A program made the position numbers and the translations under genes. The notes beneath the pieces were generated by a model that saw only the letters and a program-made list of their open reading frames with translations, was not told the origin of the DNA and did not search any database. Below, in pieces: positions 50,497 through 61,315 of a stretch of DNA of 64,000 nucleotides. This DNA comes from an uncultured Gammaproteobacteria bacterium. Its GTDB lineage: Bacteria; Patescibacteriota; Patescibacteriia; Magasanikbacterales; JBBTQS01. The stretch covers positions 694,359 through 758,358 of the forward strand of contig OZ246400.1 of NCBI GenBank assembly GCA_965230935.1. Reading direction: 5' to 3'. Within the stretch, counting starts at the first letter, position 1; each line of letters begins with the position of its first letter.

Positions 50497-51627
50497 ATGT
50501 ATCTTTGGCACGAGTTGCTCCGACACCTGGGTATGTTTGTGTTTTACTCCTTTGGTGCGCTATTTTTTTATGAGATGACACAGTCTATTGCTGCGGCGTT
50601 ATTTCTTGGATTTTTGTATTTTGCCGTAGGGATTATTTCACGCAGCGTCACCGTACCTCTCTTTTTACAGATCAAAAACAAGATCAAGGTAGTTCCTTTT
50701 ATGGGAATTGGATTAACTATTGTAGCCCTGATGAACCTCGCCTTGTTCATTATTGGCAGCCTTACTCCGGTTTCCGCTGCTGCACTCGCGATTGCATTGG
50801 TTGTGTCTAGTTTTGGCTCGGGAATGTATTGGTTATTTTCGAACATCATTAAACTTACCAATATCGGACATGCAAAAGCACCAGCCGCCTATAGTTCACT
50901 GCTCATTATCGTGCGTATGCTTGCTGCGATCGTGGCGACACTATTGGGTATTATGTTGAGTTTCAATGATCATTTTATTGTGCTGTTATTCTTTTCAGCA
51001 GTGTTGTTGTTCTTCTCGTTGATTCCCCTCGCACGCATGAAAGGAATTAATCATCATGGTTCATTTCATTTGCGTAAGTTATTTAGGCATCAATCACGAC
51101 TTGCGCTCCTCGCAAACACCAAAATTGCTCCAGAGATTTTTAATTACGGGTTCCCTATATTTTTTGTAAGTACGTTTCATTCAGTGCCTAAGTCTGTTTT
51201 GATTACTGGATTTTCATATGTCATTGCGATCGTGTTGGCGTATTTGATTGGGAAGTTCAAAGACCACCACGATAATCGATTGATTATGGCATGTTCAATT
51301 TTACTTGTACTCGGGTTTATCATATTTACACAAGTGCATAGTATTATTGGATTTATTATAGTGATTTCTCTTATGGGAGTGTGTCACAATGCCATTGCGG
51401 TTGGGGCCGATATGCGAATTGGAAAAGAGATCGTTGCTTCGCGAAACACTGTAGAATTTATGGCCGGGATTGAAGTGGTTCGTAACTTTGGGAGTGCAAT
51501 CAGTATCCTTATATTTCTTTCCATCTTTCTCTTAGCCGGGTATTTCCCCCAATGGATTTTTGCATTCGGGGCACTCTTTATTATCCCAGAGGTGCTGTAT
51601 GCGGTTGGGGAGCGACGTACAAAATAA
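50497..51627 (+). CDS. polytopic membrane transporter (MFS-like)
   Basis: About 10-12 predicted TM helices. No soluble domains. Confidence 0.45.
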   Translation: MYLWHELLRHLGMFVFYSFGALFFYEMTQSIAAALFLGFLYFAVGIISRSVTVPLFLQIKNKIKVVPFMGIGLTIVALMNLALFIIGSLTPVSAAALAIALVVSSFGSGMYWLFSNIIKLTNIGHAKAPAAYSSLLIIVRMLAAIVATLLGIMLSFNDHFIVLLFFSAVLLFFSLIPLARMKGINHHGSFHLRKLFRHQSRLALLANTKIAPEIFNYGFPIFFVSTFHSVPKSVLITGFSYVIAIVLAYLIGKFKDHHDNRLIMACSILLVLGFIIFTQVHSIIGFIIVISLMGVCHNAIAVGADMRIGKEIVASRNTVEFMAGIEVVRNFGSAISILIFLSIFLLAGYFPQWIFAFGALFIIPEVLYAVGERRTK

Positions 51628-51640
51628 TAACAAAACATAA

Positions 51641-53534
51641 TATGACACAAGAAACTTCCCTAACTGATAAAGGATTTTGTAAGGATGGTAATAATCCAGC
51701 AACTTGCCCAATATGTGCTGAGAAGCGTGACACAGAATTGACCCAGGAACAACGTGAGTTCGGGTTGACAGTAGATGAGTATCTTGAGTCATTACCAAAG
51801 TATGACGATGCAGTAGATTGTACCCAATGTGAACTTATTGGTAGTGGGGGGAGTCATGATGTGTATTTTGATTCTGATAGTCCGTCTCATGTTTACAAAG
51901 TAAAACACGTATATATAGCCCGAGCGATTTCAACAGAAATCACCCCTGAGATTCGACAAGTGGCTCAAGGTATTGTCGACCGAGAGAATGCGCGATATGC
52001 AAAGCTGTATGAGTATTTTCCTGCTGAGAATTGTTTACGTGAGGAATCACGTATCCAATCTACAAGAATTGAACAAGAGGCAGGTGAGTATTATTCGATT
52101 GAAGCGTTAGTCAATGTCCAAGAAAAAAGTGACGCATTTGATAATCCGACAAAGCTTGATTGTACTGGAATGTACATTGAGACGAGTTCCGCACTTCATG
52201 AGGATATGGATTGGCCGCCATTTGAGCGACTCAATCAGGCATTATTTGGTGATGCAGAGTTTGACTTAGAAGATTACCTCAATTTTGATCATGAAGACCA
52301 AACAATGCGTAGCACGTTTGAAAGAGTGCAGCGTGATCCGGAGCTGGCAGGCGTGATAAAAGATTTTCTTGGGCGTTTTAAGAAGTTTTATGAAGAAGTT
52401 GGAGATATTTTAGATTTGGTTGGTGATGAAAATATGATTGCATTTCAAGAAGATGGTCAGTGGAATTATCAATTAGGGAGTATGCTCAAAGGAAGTACAC
52501 GGGAGAGGTTTGAGCAAGGACTTACACTTCTTGAACGAAATCCTATGGCACTTGCCCATCATGAAGAGTTGAAGTCTAATGTGCTAAACGGTTTGGCGGT
52601 TGGTCGATACGTTAATGCATTGGCAGCAATACTTGGTATGGAGAGAGTAATTGACATTACATTAACTGATCAGCAGATTCGCAATCTTAAAGATGTGTGG
52701 GCAGCAGATCATCAGCCTGAAGGTGATCATAATGAACAAGAGCAGCGACCGGAGCAAGAGATGTATGCTGATGTTGCTTCTGGAAAAGAAGCAATTATCA
52801 GTCGTGTAACAGAGTCACTCGCGCAATCAGGTATGCGTCCACAAATGGTCTTGATCAGTGGGTATGCTGGTGCTGGTAAAACCTATACTTCAGAGCAACT
52901 TCAGAGAGATTTTGAAGCGCAGGGGTTACGAGCAATTTTTATTGAAACTGATTTGTATGGAGAACCAGGGGCAGATGTCATGTTTAGTCAAGATGATTTA
53001 GAACAGCAGCAGGCTGCTTGGGAGTTGGGTGAGGATTTCGAATATTTTAATACCATGAGCGGTCAAAGAGAGACTATAACTGGAAATGTTGATGTGGTGA
53101 TTGTTGGAGGAATTAATTCTCGCAAAAACACTATGGTTGACTTGCCGGCTCGTGATACTTCAGTCTTTGTTGATAGTCCATTTCTTGATCGACTGGCAAC
53201 AAAAGGATTACGAGATCACATCATTCACGCTGATAATCCTGAGCAAGCCATTGAGGTCTTTATGGATGAAGTCAGTGGAGCTAGTGATAATGATTTGCTT
53301 TCCCATCTACTAAATCAGGAGAAACGACTGAAACGTTTTAAAGATTCAGCGCAAATGGTCATTATAAATCAGCCTGACGGTTTGGAAGCTACAATCACTT
53401 TTGAAAATGATAAAGTAATATTTACTGCACAACACGAGGGTAAATCTTATCGTTCACAGCGGGAGTTGCCAGCTAAAAGAAGACAACTCATTGATCAAAT
53501 AATTGAGATCAATTTAGTAGAGGATTCGAAATGA
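51641..53534 (+). CDS. multidomain protein: Cys4 zinc finger + protein-kinase-like module + P-loop NTPase (uridine-kinase-like)
   Basis: CPIC..CTQC. Gly-rich loop LIGSGGSHDVY with following Lys (VYKVKHV). Walker A ISGYAGAGKTYT and Walker B-like VVIVGG. Backbone GC (42%). Confidence 0.5.
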
Positions 53535-53606
53535 ATTATTACAAATGGTTAAGCGCTACATCAAAACCAGGAACCTTTCGGCTCCTGGTTTTTGGTTGTA
53601 GCGACG

Positions 53607-55340
53607 TTACCCTCCCTCGGTTTGGAGTTGTACCAGACGGTGGTACAGTCCATTTTGTCGCATGAGTTGATCGTGCGTTCCCACCTCGGCCACGCGACCA
53701 TCTTCCACGATGATGATCTTGTCCGCGTGCATGATGGTGGAGAGTCGGTGCGCAATGAGGATCAGCGTCTTTTTCCCTTCCAGAGTCGACAGCGCATCTT
53801 GAATGGCACGCTCAGACTCTGCATCCAGGTTGCTGGTTGCCTCATCAAACACCACCACGGTCGGATCGTTGAGCAGTGCTCGCGCAATACCCACTCGCTG
53901 CCGTTGTCCACCGGAGAGTTTCATACCACGCTCACCTACGATGGTGTTGTACCCGTCCGGGAGTGTAGAAGCAAACTCATGCACCCGTGCTAGCTTAGCC
54001 ACTCGTTTGACCGCTTGCTCGGTTGCTTTCGGGTTCCCATACGCAATGTTCTCCCAGATCGTTCCACTCATGATCTCGACCTCTTGCGGAACATATCCGG
54101 TCATGCGACGGTAGGCTTGCAGGCTGAGACCTCGCAAGTCATTCCCGTCGATGCGGATGGTTCCTGAGTTAGGGTCATAGTAGCGGAACAGTAGCTTCAC
54201 GATGGTCGACTTCCCACCCCCTGATGGTCCGGCAAATGCCACCGTCTCCCCAGGGTTGATGGAGAAGTTCACGTTGGAGAGTGCGTTTTGTTCTGGGGTG
54301 TACCCAAACGTCACGTCATCGAATGTGATTGCTCCGGTCCAGCGTTTTGGCGCGATCGCACCAGGTGCACTTACCACACGTGGTTTGGTGTGAATGATGT
54401 TGAACAGTCGTTGCATCGGCTCTGTTGCCTCAACCATGCGGTCGAGAATTTGGTTCAGGTTGAACATTGAAATGTACACCTTCTCCGAGAGCGTCAGAAA
54501 CAACACGACCGAACCAATGGTAAGTTCTCCAGTGATGGCTTTGTATCCAGCAAGTGAGATGATCCCAAGTCGTCCGAAGTTGATGATCATCATGCGCCAG
54601 AAGTTCATGCGCGTGCCGAACATCCAACGTAATCGTCCCAGGTCATAGATCCGTCCGCGCATTGCACCGTAGCGCTTCTTCTCGCGCTGCTCTTGGGCAA
54701 ACGCTTGCACTGTTTTGATGTTGATCACCGACTCGCACAGCCGACCGGCTGAGTTCTCGTACAGATCTTCTTGCTCTTTGCGCCACGGGTATGTGGTGTG
54801 ATGCAAATGCCAGGTCATGATCGCAAAGATCGGGATGACGATAGCAAAGAGAATGGCAAGCTGCCAATCTAGTGCGATCATCAAGATCGATGTCCAGGTG
54901 ATTTGCATGAGTAGGGGAATGAGCATCCACAACAGCTGTCCACCGAACTCGACCAGCTTCATGGTTCCGCGTTCAAGACGTGCGATTTGTTCACCGGTTT
55001 GTTCTTGCTCATGGAACCCGAGCGAGAGTGCCAAAAGTTTTTTCTGTGCGAGCTTCGGCAGCTCGTTTTCCATCCAGTACAATGCATCAAGGATGTAGCG
55101 ATCCACGATTACGTCGACCGCCGCAATCAGTGTTTGCGCCACAAAGATTCCCAGTGCCAACCAGAGGATGGTACTGAGTAGATCATCGGTGCGTAGTGTC
55201 AATGTGTCGAGCACTTCCTTAAAGAGGTATGTCGGCACAATCATCAGTGCTTCAAGCACCACGATGAACGCGATTGCCTTTTGGAAGACCTTCCGATGCG
55301 GTCTGATCAACCGTAGGAACTGTGATATGAATTCTTGCAT
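53607..55340 (-). CDS. ABC transporter permease/ATP-binding protein (MsbA-like exporter), GC-enriched (cassette I)
   Basis: Six N-terminal TMs. Walker A GPSGGGKST, signature LSGGQRQR, Walker B VVVFDEATS. Start at ATG (MQEF) with AAGGAG RBS. About 55% GC. Confidence 0.85.
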   Translation of the reverse strand: MQEFISQFLRLIRPHRKVFQKAIAFIVVLEALMIVPTYLFKEVLDTLTLRTDDLLSTILWLALGIFVAQTLIAAVDVIVDRYILDALYWMENELPKLAQKKLLALSLGFHEQEQTGEQIARLERGTMKLVEFGGQLLWMLIPLLMQITWTSILMIALDWQLAILFAIVIPIFAIMTWHLHHTTYPWRKEQEDLYENSAGRLCESVINIKTVQAFAQEQREKKRYGAMRGRIYDLGRLRWMFGTRMNFWRMMIINFGRLGIISLAGYKAITGELTIGSVVLFLTLSEKVYISMFNLNQILDRMVEATEPMQRLFNIIHTKPRVVSAPGAIAPKRWTGAITFDDVTFGYTPEQNALSNVNFSINPGETVAFAGPSGGGKSTIVKLLFRYYDPNSGTIRIDGNDLRGLSLQAYRRMTGYVPQEVEIMSGTIWENIAYGNPKATEQAVKRVAKLARVHEFASTLPDGYNTIVGERGMKLSGGQRQRVGIARALLNDPTVVVFDEATSNLDAESERAIQDALSTLEGKKTLILIAHRLSTIMHADKIIIVEDGRVAEVGTHDQLMRQNGLYHRLVQLQTEGG

Positions 55341-55840
55341 GTGTTTGTTGGTTACTCCTTCTTTCTCCTTCAAGTCCCTTCTTTCCCGCCTCGTGTTCGT
55401 GTACACGAAAATACTCTGCTTCTTAGAAGCAGAGTATTTATTCGAAAATTGCTAATTTAAGCTAAATTCATGATTTCGAAGAAACACACTGCTCCCAAGA
55501 GTTGGTATCGACATATGCAATACCGCGTGCCTGTGGGGTAACAGTTGGCATGCCAAAAGCAAGCCCTACCATGAGCTGGAAGGATGCAAACTTCTGGTTT
55601 TGCCAGTGTTTCTCCATAGAGATTAAAAATAATTGTCGTTATTGTAGACGTTTCCAGAGTGGAAACGTTACACTATAGCGCGCGCAATATGAGATGTCAA
55701 GAATCATATTTTAGGGTCACTTATTGACAAACGTACATCTTTATGCTACACTATCCGCGTATAAATGCAGTCTCATTACTGGGAATAGTGTCGATATTTC
55801 TCAAGAGTCAAGCATATACATGTAAGAAAATATCTACGTT

Positions 55841-56041
55841 ATGACCGGTAAAATCAAACGGCTCATGGGAGATAAGGGATACGGCTTCATTGAAGCTGAT
55901 GGTATGGACCAAGATCTCTTTTTCCACGCAAAAGAGCTTATTGACGTAGTGTTCGAAGAGCTCAAGGAAGGTGACGCAGTGACTTTTGAAACTGCAGAGT
56001 CTCCAAAGGGTATGAACGCTATTCAAGTACGACGCGCGTAA
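55841..56041 (+). CDS. cspA: cold-shock protein (CspA family)
   Basis: 66 aa with RNP1 KGYGFI and RNP2 FFH motifs. Promoter TTGACA-17-TACACT upstream. Confidence 0.9.
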   Translation: MTGKIKRLMGDKGYGFIEADGMDQDLFFHAKELIDVVFEELKEGDAVTFETAESPKGMNAIQVRRA

Positions 56042-56126
56042 GCGTGTTTGCAAACCCGCCACCGAAAGGTGGCGGGTTTTGTTTTGGAAAGGTATACTGC
56101 GGGTATCACACTTATCACAACATTAT

Positions 56127-56673
56127 GCAAGGAAAAAACATTATCATTGGTTTGTTAGTCATCATCGTCTTGTTGTTGGGGTACATGGCATTTTTCGACA
56201 ATGATGATGTCACAGAAGAAACATTTGTTGACCGGGTTATTCTCACGTTTAACGAAGATTATGAAACTAATTTTGCAAAAGCAGGCCGCGCTGCAGTTGC
56301 ACGTATACACGAGGAGAACTTACGTTTTGCATGGAGTAAGAATTTTCCAATGCTTGAGAAGCGGTTTAGCGATCGGTACATGATTTTAGAATCAGATGAA
56401 AGTGTTGATTTTGTAGCACTATTACGCAAAGAACAGAATTCAGCTATTTTTGATACGCCAGTTGATCAGTCATTTGATTTCTCAACCATTACTACCTATT
56501 CATACCGAGATATGGTGAAGAATGGGATGGCGAAGGCGTTTGGTGCTTCGGTGCAGCCAGGGGATTACTTGGCAACTGTTGAACCACTACCAACAGCTGA
56601 TGGACTTGAAGCGTTTATTGCGCTCTATCGAAGCATTAGCGGGGAATGGGTTGCGATTGGGGGGAATCAATAG
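56127..56673 (+). CDS. membrane-anchored hypothetical protein
   Basis: N-terminal TM IIIGLLVIIVLLLGYMAF. Start at internal ATG. Confidence 0.4.
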
Positions 56674-56743
56674 GGGATATTGTCATAATTAAAACAACCT
56701 CGTCCTGGTGAGGAAGAGGTTGTTTTGTTGTGCTGTTGTGTTA

Positions 56744-57407
56744 TCACTTCATGAAGAAGCGTTGTGCGTTCTCGCCGACCACTCGTCGAATCTGCCACTC
56801 CTCCAGTCCGTGCGCGAGCAGGGAGCGGATCAAGGTCTTGAAGCAGTCTGCGACCGTGTGGCAGCCGGGTAGACGCCACTCGTCCAGAATGCCGCCGTAG
56901 TCGGTACCGATCCCTACCTGGAGCCACTCGCTGGCTTCTCCGAGCTCCACCAGATGCTCGATGAAGGGGCCATCCAGTCGCTCGTAGAATGGCTTTGCAG
57001 GAGAGAGGCACACGATGCCGCCGAGCTGGATGATCTCACGTGCCAGATGCATACTCAGGCACCGATCGTAGTTGCCATTTCGCAGTAGCGGGTTGACCAC
57101 TTCACTGTGCTGTACACCACCGTGGGTGTAACACAGTGGCGGCGCGCCTCCCCAGTGCCAGTATCCAGCATCTTTTAGGGTGTAACTCAGTGCGGATGAC
57201 CTCCACCTCGGCTTTGTGGGCGGGCGTGGTCTTGGGATAGGTTCCATCCCGTTCGCAGAACAGGACGCGCAAGGCGCCACCGAGCTGGTCCATGTTGGCG
57301 AGCTGTTCGGCAGACCCCCATCCGCCGCTCTGCTCACCATACTGATCCAGATGTGCGTCAAAGCACATAAACGGACGGTCATACCCGTCAATGGTGATTC
57401 CAGGCAC
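56744..57407 (-). pseudogene. amidohydrolase-2 (PF04909-like metal-dependent hydrolase), frameshifted and shortened, GC-rich (cassette J)
   Basis: GTG start with AAAGGAGG RBS. N-terminal metal-binding FDAHLD in one frame. H.GG (LCYTHGG) and GIGTDYGG (metal-binding Asp) plus C-terminal ENAQRFF in the +1 frame. Frames switch near 57190. 3' flank TAACACAACAGCACAACAAAACAACC plus hairpin 56690-56735. Confidence 0.5.
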
Positions 57408-57563
57408 TGGCGGTCCTCCTTTCAGTGCGTGATAGTCAGTGGGTTTGGGATAATCTCCCTCTCATGCCGACAATTCGCACAAGAGGAAGATTATCAGTAA
57501 TTGAGCAGGTGATCTGGAGTGACCAGACATCTCCTGTCAGGAAGACAGGCACATTTCAATATG

Positions 57564-58481
57564 CTACACCTGCAGTTCTTTGAGCCAGGAAAATGGCTCT
57601 CCCATCAAATCATTAGCCGTGATGGTGATCGGCTGCTTATCCTGTTGTGGGACGTAGCTATCATAAATATCAATTAGTGCGGGCAACAAGATATCGCTTA
57701 ATTTTGTTTGGTGTAAGTGTTCAAGATACGCGGTACTAAACCCACCACGCGCCATGACATCTAGTGCGTATAGGTTTTCATAGCCCCGCTTTGGGTCATA
57801 ACCAAAGGAAGTACTTGGACCACCAATAAATCCATTTACTGGTATGGTATTGACGCGGTCCGCCTCTTCTTGATCGTGCTGTTTAAGCAATTGCAACCAC
57901 GCATTTTTCATTGCTGTGTGGTAAGTCATTGATCCGTATCCAACGAGCGGACGAACTCCGCAGTAAAAACTTGAGATCCCATACACCATAAACATGGTTG
58001 GGTACATCTGCCCGTTGTTAAGCGCTTCCAAGATCGATTCTTTGTTAAGTTGCACAGTGAATGGCCGTTTTGGATCAGTGCTTACCAGCTGATCATCCTC
58101 CACACGCAATTGAATTTTGGTGTGGTCGTTTTGGTCAATCCCCCAAAAGAGCATACTCCCGCGTGTGTCATCACTGTCCCAACATCCAGTGACGCCGGTA
58201 AACGTGTTGATGGTATCTTCGCGCATGGTTGGGTCAAACAAGATTTTTGAGAAAAGGTTGTCCGTGTCTTGTAGCAATTTATTCAACATGCCAATAGCAA
58301 CTTCTTCATTGGTGATATAGAACAAATCAGGAATGCGCTCACGAAGCTCTGATGAGAATAATTTTTTCCACCAAGAATAGTTAATCCGATTCACTTGATT
58401 TTTATTAAGAGGTACATTTTGGATGTGTGGCGCTCTGCTCAAGCTCGTCTTGTATGGTTTGCAAAAACGTAAGTTCTTCAT
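57564..58481 (-). CDS. hypothetical protein (C-terminal part; may be fused to 58405..59097 by frameshift)
   Basis: 305 aa ORF overlapping the upstream ORF by 77 nt in another frame. No recognizable motif. Confidence 0.4.
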   Translation of the reverse strand: MKNLRFCKPYKTSLSRAPHIQNVPLNKNQVNRINYSWWKKLFSSELRERIPDLFYITNEEVAIGMLNKLLQDTDNLFSKILFDPTMREDTINTFTGVTGCWDSDDTRGSMLFWGIDQNDHTKIQLRVEDDQLVSTDPKRPFTVQLNKESILEALNNGQMYPTMFMVYGISSFYCGVRPLVGYGSMTYHTAMKNAWLQLLKQHDQEEADRVNTIPVNGFIGGPSTSFGYDPKRGYENLYALDVMARGGFSTAYLEHLHQTKLSDILLPALIDIYDSYVPQQDKQPITITANDLMGEPFSWLKELQV

Positions 58482-59097
58482 CAGAAAAGTCGAACTGTTT
58501 TGCAGATTTCATGAGACCAAACTCTGTATAGGTTGGGGCCGCATAGGCAATGATATGTCGGTCTCGAGTAGGGAAGATGTTCAGCTGCTGATTGGCAAAC
58601 TTCAGACCACGTTTATGAAAAAAGTTATTCAGTGGCACACCAGAATCAGTGAGGACGACAATGCCATTTGGATTGGTGCCAGGAATACGGAATTTGTTTG
58701 CGATCAGATTGGTCGAGATGAGGAGTGGATGATTCAAAAAACCTTGGTGATCAATAATGTTGATTACCAAATCGTCATCCCAATTAAGGTTCGCACGAGC
58801 GATCTCTTCTTCTGTAAATGAGCGCGCGAGCACCTCTTGCATTACCACCTTGATATTCTTTTGGCGCTCCTGGTGGACAGGATGTGCTTGATGATCGTAG
58901 AGTGTTTTTGAATATTCCCCAAGGGGGCGATGAACTTGCAAAAAATCAGCAACAAGTGGCACGACTTTTGTAATGCCGCTTTTTAAAATATCAAGTTGTG
59001 TTTGTGTCTGTGGTGTCATGTGATTGATGGTGTTGAGCACCAGCCCATGCCAGATTAAAAATGGCTCGCTGGTCGTCAACAATTTCTTTGCTTTCAA
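58405..59097 (-). CDS. hypothetical protein (N-terminal part of possible split gene)
   Basis: 230 aa ORF. Overlaps neighbours at both ends. Confidence 0.4.
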   Translation of the reverse strand: MKAKKLLTTSEPFLIWHGLVLNTINHMTPQTQTQLDILKSGITKVVPLVADFLQVHRPLGEYSKTLYDHQAHPVHQERQKNIKVVMQEVLARSFTEEEIARANLNWDDDLVINIIDHQGFLNHPLLISTNLIANKFRIPGTNPNGIVVLTDSGVPLNNFFHKRGLKFANQQLNIFPTRDRHIIAYAAPTYTEFGLMKSAKQFDFSDEELTFLQTIQDELEQSATHPKCTS

Positions 59098-59815
59098 TAA
59101 TCACGCCTACCAATTCGTTCCCAAGCGCTTGAATTGCCATCTTATTTGCGTAGATCGTGATGTCGTTTTTAAACGGAAATTGTTTTTCCGAGAGAATAGC
59201 TACCTCACACAATAATCGTTTTGCATTACGCGCAATTTCTTGTGTGGCTTCGCAATCACGAGCAATGACTTTATTACGAATTCCATTCTTAACGCGTTCA
59301 TCTACATATCCTCCTGATCCGCGGATGTAATCTTCAAATCGCTCATCAATGATTGCAGGATTGCTGTATGAGTAGGTGATCCGCTGCGCAGGCTTGCACG
59401 ATGCAAGGGTTGCAATGATATCTGCGTTGATTTGCTCCAGTCCTTGCGCACCCTCAAAGAATTGTACGCGTGGATGCATCCCCACCTGTGTGTGCATGGC
59501 CTTGAGCTGGGGGAGTACTGACTCAAATCGCTCTTGGAGTCGTCGTGCCCGCCGTCGTTCATTGCGTAGAATAGCCTCAATTGATTGCGGATGCTTAGCC
59601 ACAATTCTCCGGTTGTGGTGTGATCCAGACTGGCTCAAGAGTCCCCGTTTAGCCAGACTCTCAATAAGTGGATACACCGCAACACGATGAATATGTGCTC
59701 GTTTTGCAAGCATGGTAGGCGTCACTTCTCCGGTTTCAAGTGCCGCTATATACACTTTGATCTCGTTCTTGGAAAGACCTAGACGTTCTAGGAACGTTTT
59801 TATAGCGTAGTCCAT
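58991..59815 (-). CDS. TrmB family transcriptional regulator
   Basis: N-terminal winged HTH (LGLSKNEIKVYIAALETGEVTPTMLAKRAHIHRVAVYPLIESLAKRGLL) plus C-terminal sugar-binding-like domain. Confidence 0.7.
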   Translation of the reverse strand: MDYAIKTFLERLGLSKNEIKVYIAALETGEVTPTMLAKRAHIHRVAVYPLIESLAKRGLLSQSGSHHNRRIVAKHPQSIEAILRNERRRARRLQERFESVLPQLKAMHTQVGMHPRVQFFEGAQGLEQINADIIATLASCKPAQRITYSYSNPAIIDERFEDYIRGSGGYVDERVKNGIRNKVIARDCEATQEIARNAKRLLCEVAILSEKQFPFKNDITIYANKMAIQALGNELVGVIIESKEIVDDQRAIFNLAWAGAQHHQSHDTTDTNTT

Positions 59816-59954
59816 AGTAACATATTTGATGAATCAATCAATATTCGTACCCTAGTAGGGGTTTATTGAGTGTATTTTCTTTTAATTTTAGGCAAGTATT
59901 TAGATATACTCATTTGTAATACTTGTTTATTACAAATATATCATTTTACTCCCT

Positions 59955-60695
59955 ATGATACAATATTTCGGTATGATTAAACCAATACTCATTGCACTCA
60001 TAGTGATTATTGTCATTCGTCTCGGTATGAGTTTGTATTGGTACCGAATTGCTGTGGCGCACATGCGTGCACACACTGCTAATTATGAGCAAATTGGTGA
60101 TAGTAATGGGCCAAAAGCGCTTTTCATTGGGGATTCGACTGCTGCTGGGTTAGGTGCTGTGCCAATCGAACGATCAGTGGCAGGATATTTTGGCGCTTCT
60201 TTCCCAAAGGCACACATTACTAATCTCGGGATCAGTGGCATGCGTGTTGCCGGCTTACGAGCAAGGCTTGAAGCCATGCCGCCCGATGACTATGATGTAG
60301 TTGTTGTGCATATTAGTGGCAATGATGTTGTTCGATTTACTTCATGGGACGAGTTTGCACGTGATGTAGAGGCAATTCATAATGAAGCTAAAAAACTTGG
60401 CAAGGCAGTGATCCATATCCCAACTGGGCTCGTGGGGGATTCACGCTTGTTCCCATTACCACTTTCTTGGCTCTACAATTATCGGACTCTTAAGGCGCGC
60501 AAGATTATGATCGAGATTGCCCAAAGAACCAATACACCTTTTGCAGATATTCTTGGATTAGATAAAGAAGGAGTTATTGATTATCACGGACAAAAAGTTT
60601 TTTCTTTTGATCGTTTCCATCCAGGAAACTACGGATATTCACAGTGGAATAAGGCGATTATCGAAACTATGAGTCGGAATAATATAGTACTCTAA
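59955..60695 (+). CDS. SGNH/GDSL hydrolase family protein
   Basis: Block I ALFIGDSTAAG, block III HISGNDV, N-terminal TM anchor. Confidence 0.75.
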   Translation: MIQYFGMIKPILIALIVIIVIRLGMSLYWYRIAVAHMRAHTANYEQIGDSNGPKALFIGDSTAAGLGAVPIERSVAGYFGASFPKAHITNLGISGMRVAGLRARLEAMPPDDYDVVVVHISGNDVVRFTSWDEFARDVEAIHNEAKKLGKAVIHIPTGLVGDSRLFPLPLSWLYNYRTLKARKIMIEIAQRTNTPFADILGLDKEGVIDYHGQKVFSFDRFHPGNYGYSQWNKAIIETMSRNNIVL

Positions 60696-60699
60696 ACAT

Positions 60700-61248
60700 A
60701 TGCAAAGGAAACTCCATGTCGTGTACTTACTTCCGCAACCAGTGACCAAGCGGTGCATTGATATTAGTGAAAAACTTACTCAACGATACGACGCGTTTTA
60801 TACGTTGAACCATACAAGCGCTAACCCGCACATCACACAAGTCCAGGTGGTTTGTGATGAAGAGGTAATTGAATCTGCACGGGAGAGGGCGTTGGAGTTA
60901 TGCGCGAATGTAAAGAAGGTTGCGACGCATTTTAATCATACCCGTTGGATTATGGGGTGGATTCAATTGATGAATCCAACAGAAGGACTCCAGGAACTTC
61001 ATAACACACTGCGTGATGAGCTCAGTACGTTTGGTGAGGTAGAGACGTTACAGCCATATGCACCGCACGCCACACTTACCCGTCTGAAAGATTTTGAAAA
61101 TCCTTCAGTACAACAGGACGCCATGGCGCTTTGTGAGCAGCTTTGGGCGCAAGACACCAGTTCATTTACACTCACACAGATGGCCATTGGATTTGCAGGA
61201 CCTGAAGGAACGTTTCCAGAACCATATACCATTGTTAACTTGGAATAG
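60700..61248 (+). CDS. 2H phosphoesterase (LigT-like 2'-5' RNA ligase family)
   Basis: Two HxT/SxT motifs: PHITQVQ and PHATLTR. Confidence 0.7.
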   Translation: MQRKLHVVYLLPQPVTKRCIDISEKLTQRYDAFYTLNHTSANPHITQVQVVCDEEVIESARERALELCANVKKVATHFNHTRWIMGWIQLMNPTEGLQELHNTLRDELSTFGEVETLQPYAPHATLTRLKDFENPSVQQDAMALCEQLWAQDTSSFTLTQMAIGFAGPEGTFPEPYTIVNLE

Positions 61249-61315
61249 GTTGTGTTGTGCACAAATAGATCAAGTTTTTGGTATACTTATCCTATAATTC
61301 TTCATGCATATTCTT

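Noticed and set aside
55489-55638. 49 aa minus-strand small ORF (MEKHWQNQKF...) between the ABC exporter and cspA
   Set aside because: No ribosome binding site and no conservation signal visible. Below the evidence threshold.
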